A stretch of 64,000 bases of DNA. It comes from Chiloscyllium plagiosum. Its lineage: Eukaryota. A program made the translations under genes and the position numbers. The stretch covers positions 7,673,936-7,737,935 of the forward strand of contig NC_057749.1 of the NCBI RefSeq assembly GCF_004010195.1, in the 5' to 3' direction. The notes below the pieces were generated by a model that worked only from the letters and a program-made list of their open reading frames with translations, had not been told where the DNA came from and did not search any database. Below are positions 62,766 through 64,000 of this stretch, one piece after another; position 1 is the first letter of the stretch, and every line of letters begins with the position of its first letter.

Positions 62766-63519
62766 CATTTTGACTCATTAAAAAGAAAACAGGGTTGTAG
62801 AAATTATAAGAAAATACCATTGAAGCACATTGCACACATCAGATCAATTCCTGGAGAAAGAGAGAAAGGGTCGAGAGAAATCGTAACAGAATGAATAAAT
62901 GTGACTGATATATTCTGTGGACAGAAAAATAAAACATAATGACTTTTTTATCTTCTGAAAAAAATTCTATTCCATGCAATCAGGTGCAAACACAGCCTGT
63001 TATCTGAAATCACAGATGAGTGCTGTATACTGTAGCCAGTGCCTGTGCAAATGGCATGTTAAAAGGCTTGTGTCTTTGATAGGTTTGGTTATAAGCAGAG
63101 AAAATTAACACCCTAATAGACCTCTGGACGTTTTTAACATCAGCTGCTACTTTAAAAAACACTCTAAAGATTAATTATCGCTATTTGCTTTTCGAATGTT
63201 GCCCATGGATTACATTCAATTACACTAAAGCAGCACACAGAGTGAGTGATTGTTCACTGTAGCAGAGAATCTGCCTGTCCACTTGCATGTTTGCAACCAC
63301 CATAAATGGGGTGCAAGTGACTAAGTGCAGCAAGGTGTCTGCAAACCTGAATAAGATCTCATTACATAGAACTGACAGGACAGAATTAGGCCATTCAGCC
63401 CAACCAGTTTGTGCTGGTCAGTGTGCTCTATTCAAAGCCTATTCTGCTTCACAGTGTCTTCGTGAAATGTGTGGACTGGCAGCTGATTGATTTTTTTTTT
63501 CACCCTGCCTAACTGCCTC

Positions 63520-63800
63520 GGGTGGCATAGTGGTTAGCACTGCTGCTTCACAGCCCTAAAGACTAGAGTTCAATTCCAGCCTTGGGTGATTGTATGTGTG
63601 GAGATTGCATGTTCTCCCAGTGTCTGTGTGGGTTTCCTCCCAAAGATGTGCAGGTTAGGTGGATTGGCCAAGCTAAATTGCCCACAGTGTTCAGGCTAAC
63701 CATGGGAAATGTGGGATGAAAATTGGTGGGATGATCTTGGGAGGGTCTGCGTGGACTTGAGGGGCTGAATGGTCTGCTTCCACACTGCAAGGATTCTAGT
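63520..63800 (+). mobile_element. HE1-type SINE
   Basis: Head, V-domain and tail. Confidence 0.88.
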
Positions 63801-64000
63801 CCTCCTTTACACAAAAGATCTCCAAATAATAGTTCAAAATCGTCGAGTGGATGTGTTTCCCATACTTACTTATATGGTGACTAAATCTTAATAATCTTTT
63901 CAAAGAAAATGAAAACTAGGCTGTCAATTCTCCAGAAGCCCATTTTCTCTGTCCCATCAGATCAGAGCCTCTCTCGCCCTTAATCCTATGTGACTTCTGT

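Overview
Eukaryotic, repeat-rich non-coding DNA (intergenic or one long intron). The repeat content points to a cartilaginous fish, most likely a shark (inference). It includes HE1-type V-SINEs sharing a 3' tail with HER1/CR1 LINEs, DeuSINE/SacSINE1-like remnants, Rex1/Babar, L2 and solo LTRs. I recognise no host protein-coding gene; every ORF I can recognise is a retroelement remnant. The most notable system is a set of 3-4 families of short Penelope-like element (PLE) derivatives. They are inserted as fold-back palindromes with 9-17 bp target-site duplications, carry GIY-YIG endonuclease remnants, and contain minimal hammerhead-ribozyme cores, sometimes on both strands. Hammerheads in PLEs are known; the recurring short fold-back form here deserves follow-up. 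Also present are several near-perfect local direct and inverted duplications, a SINE with a six-fold amplified A-box head, and one candidate exon. Family names come from recognition, not database searches. Repeat boundaries are approximate (about +/-20 bp) unless TSDs or arm coordinates are given.
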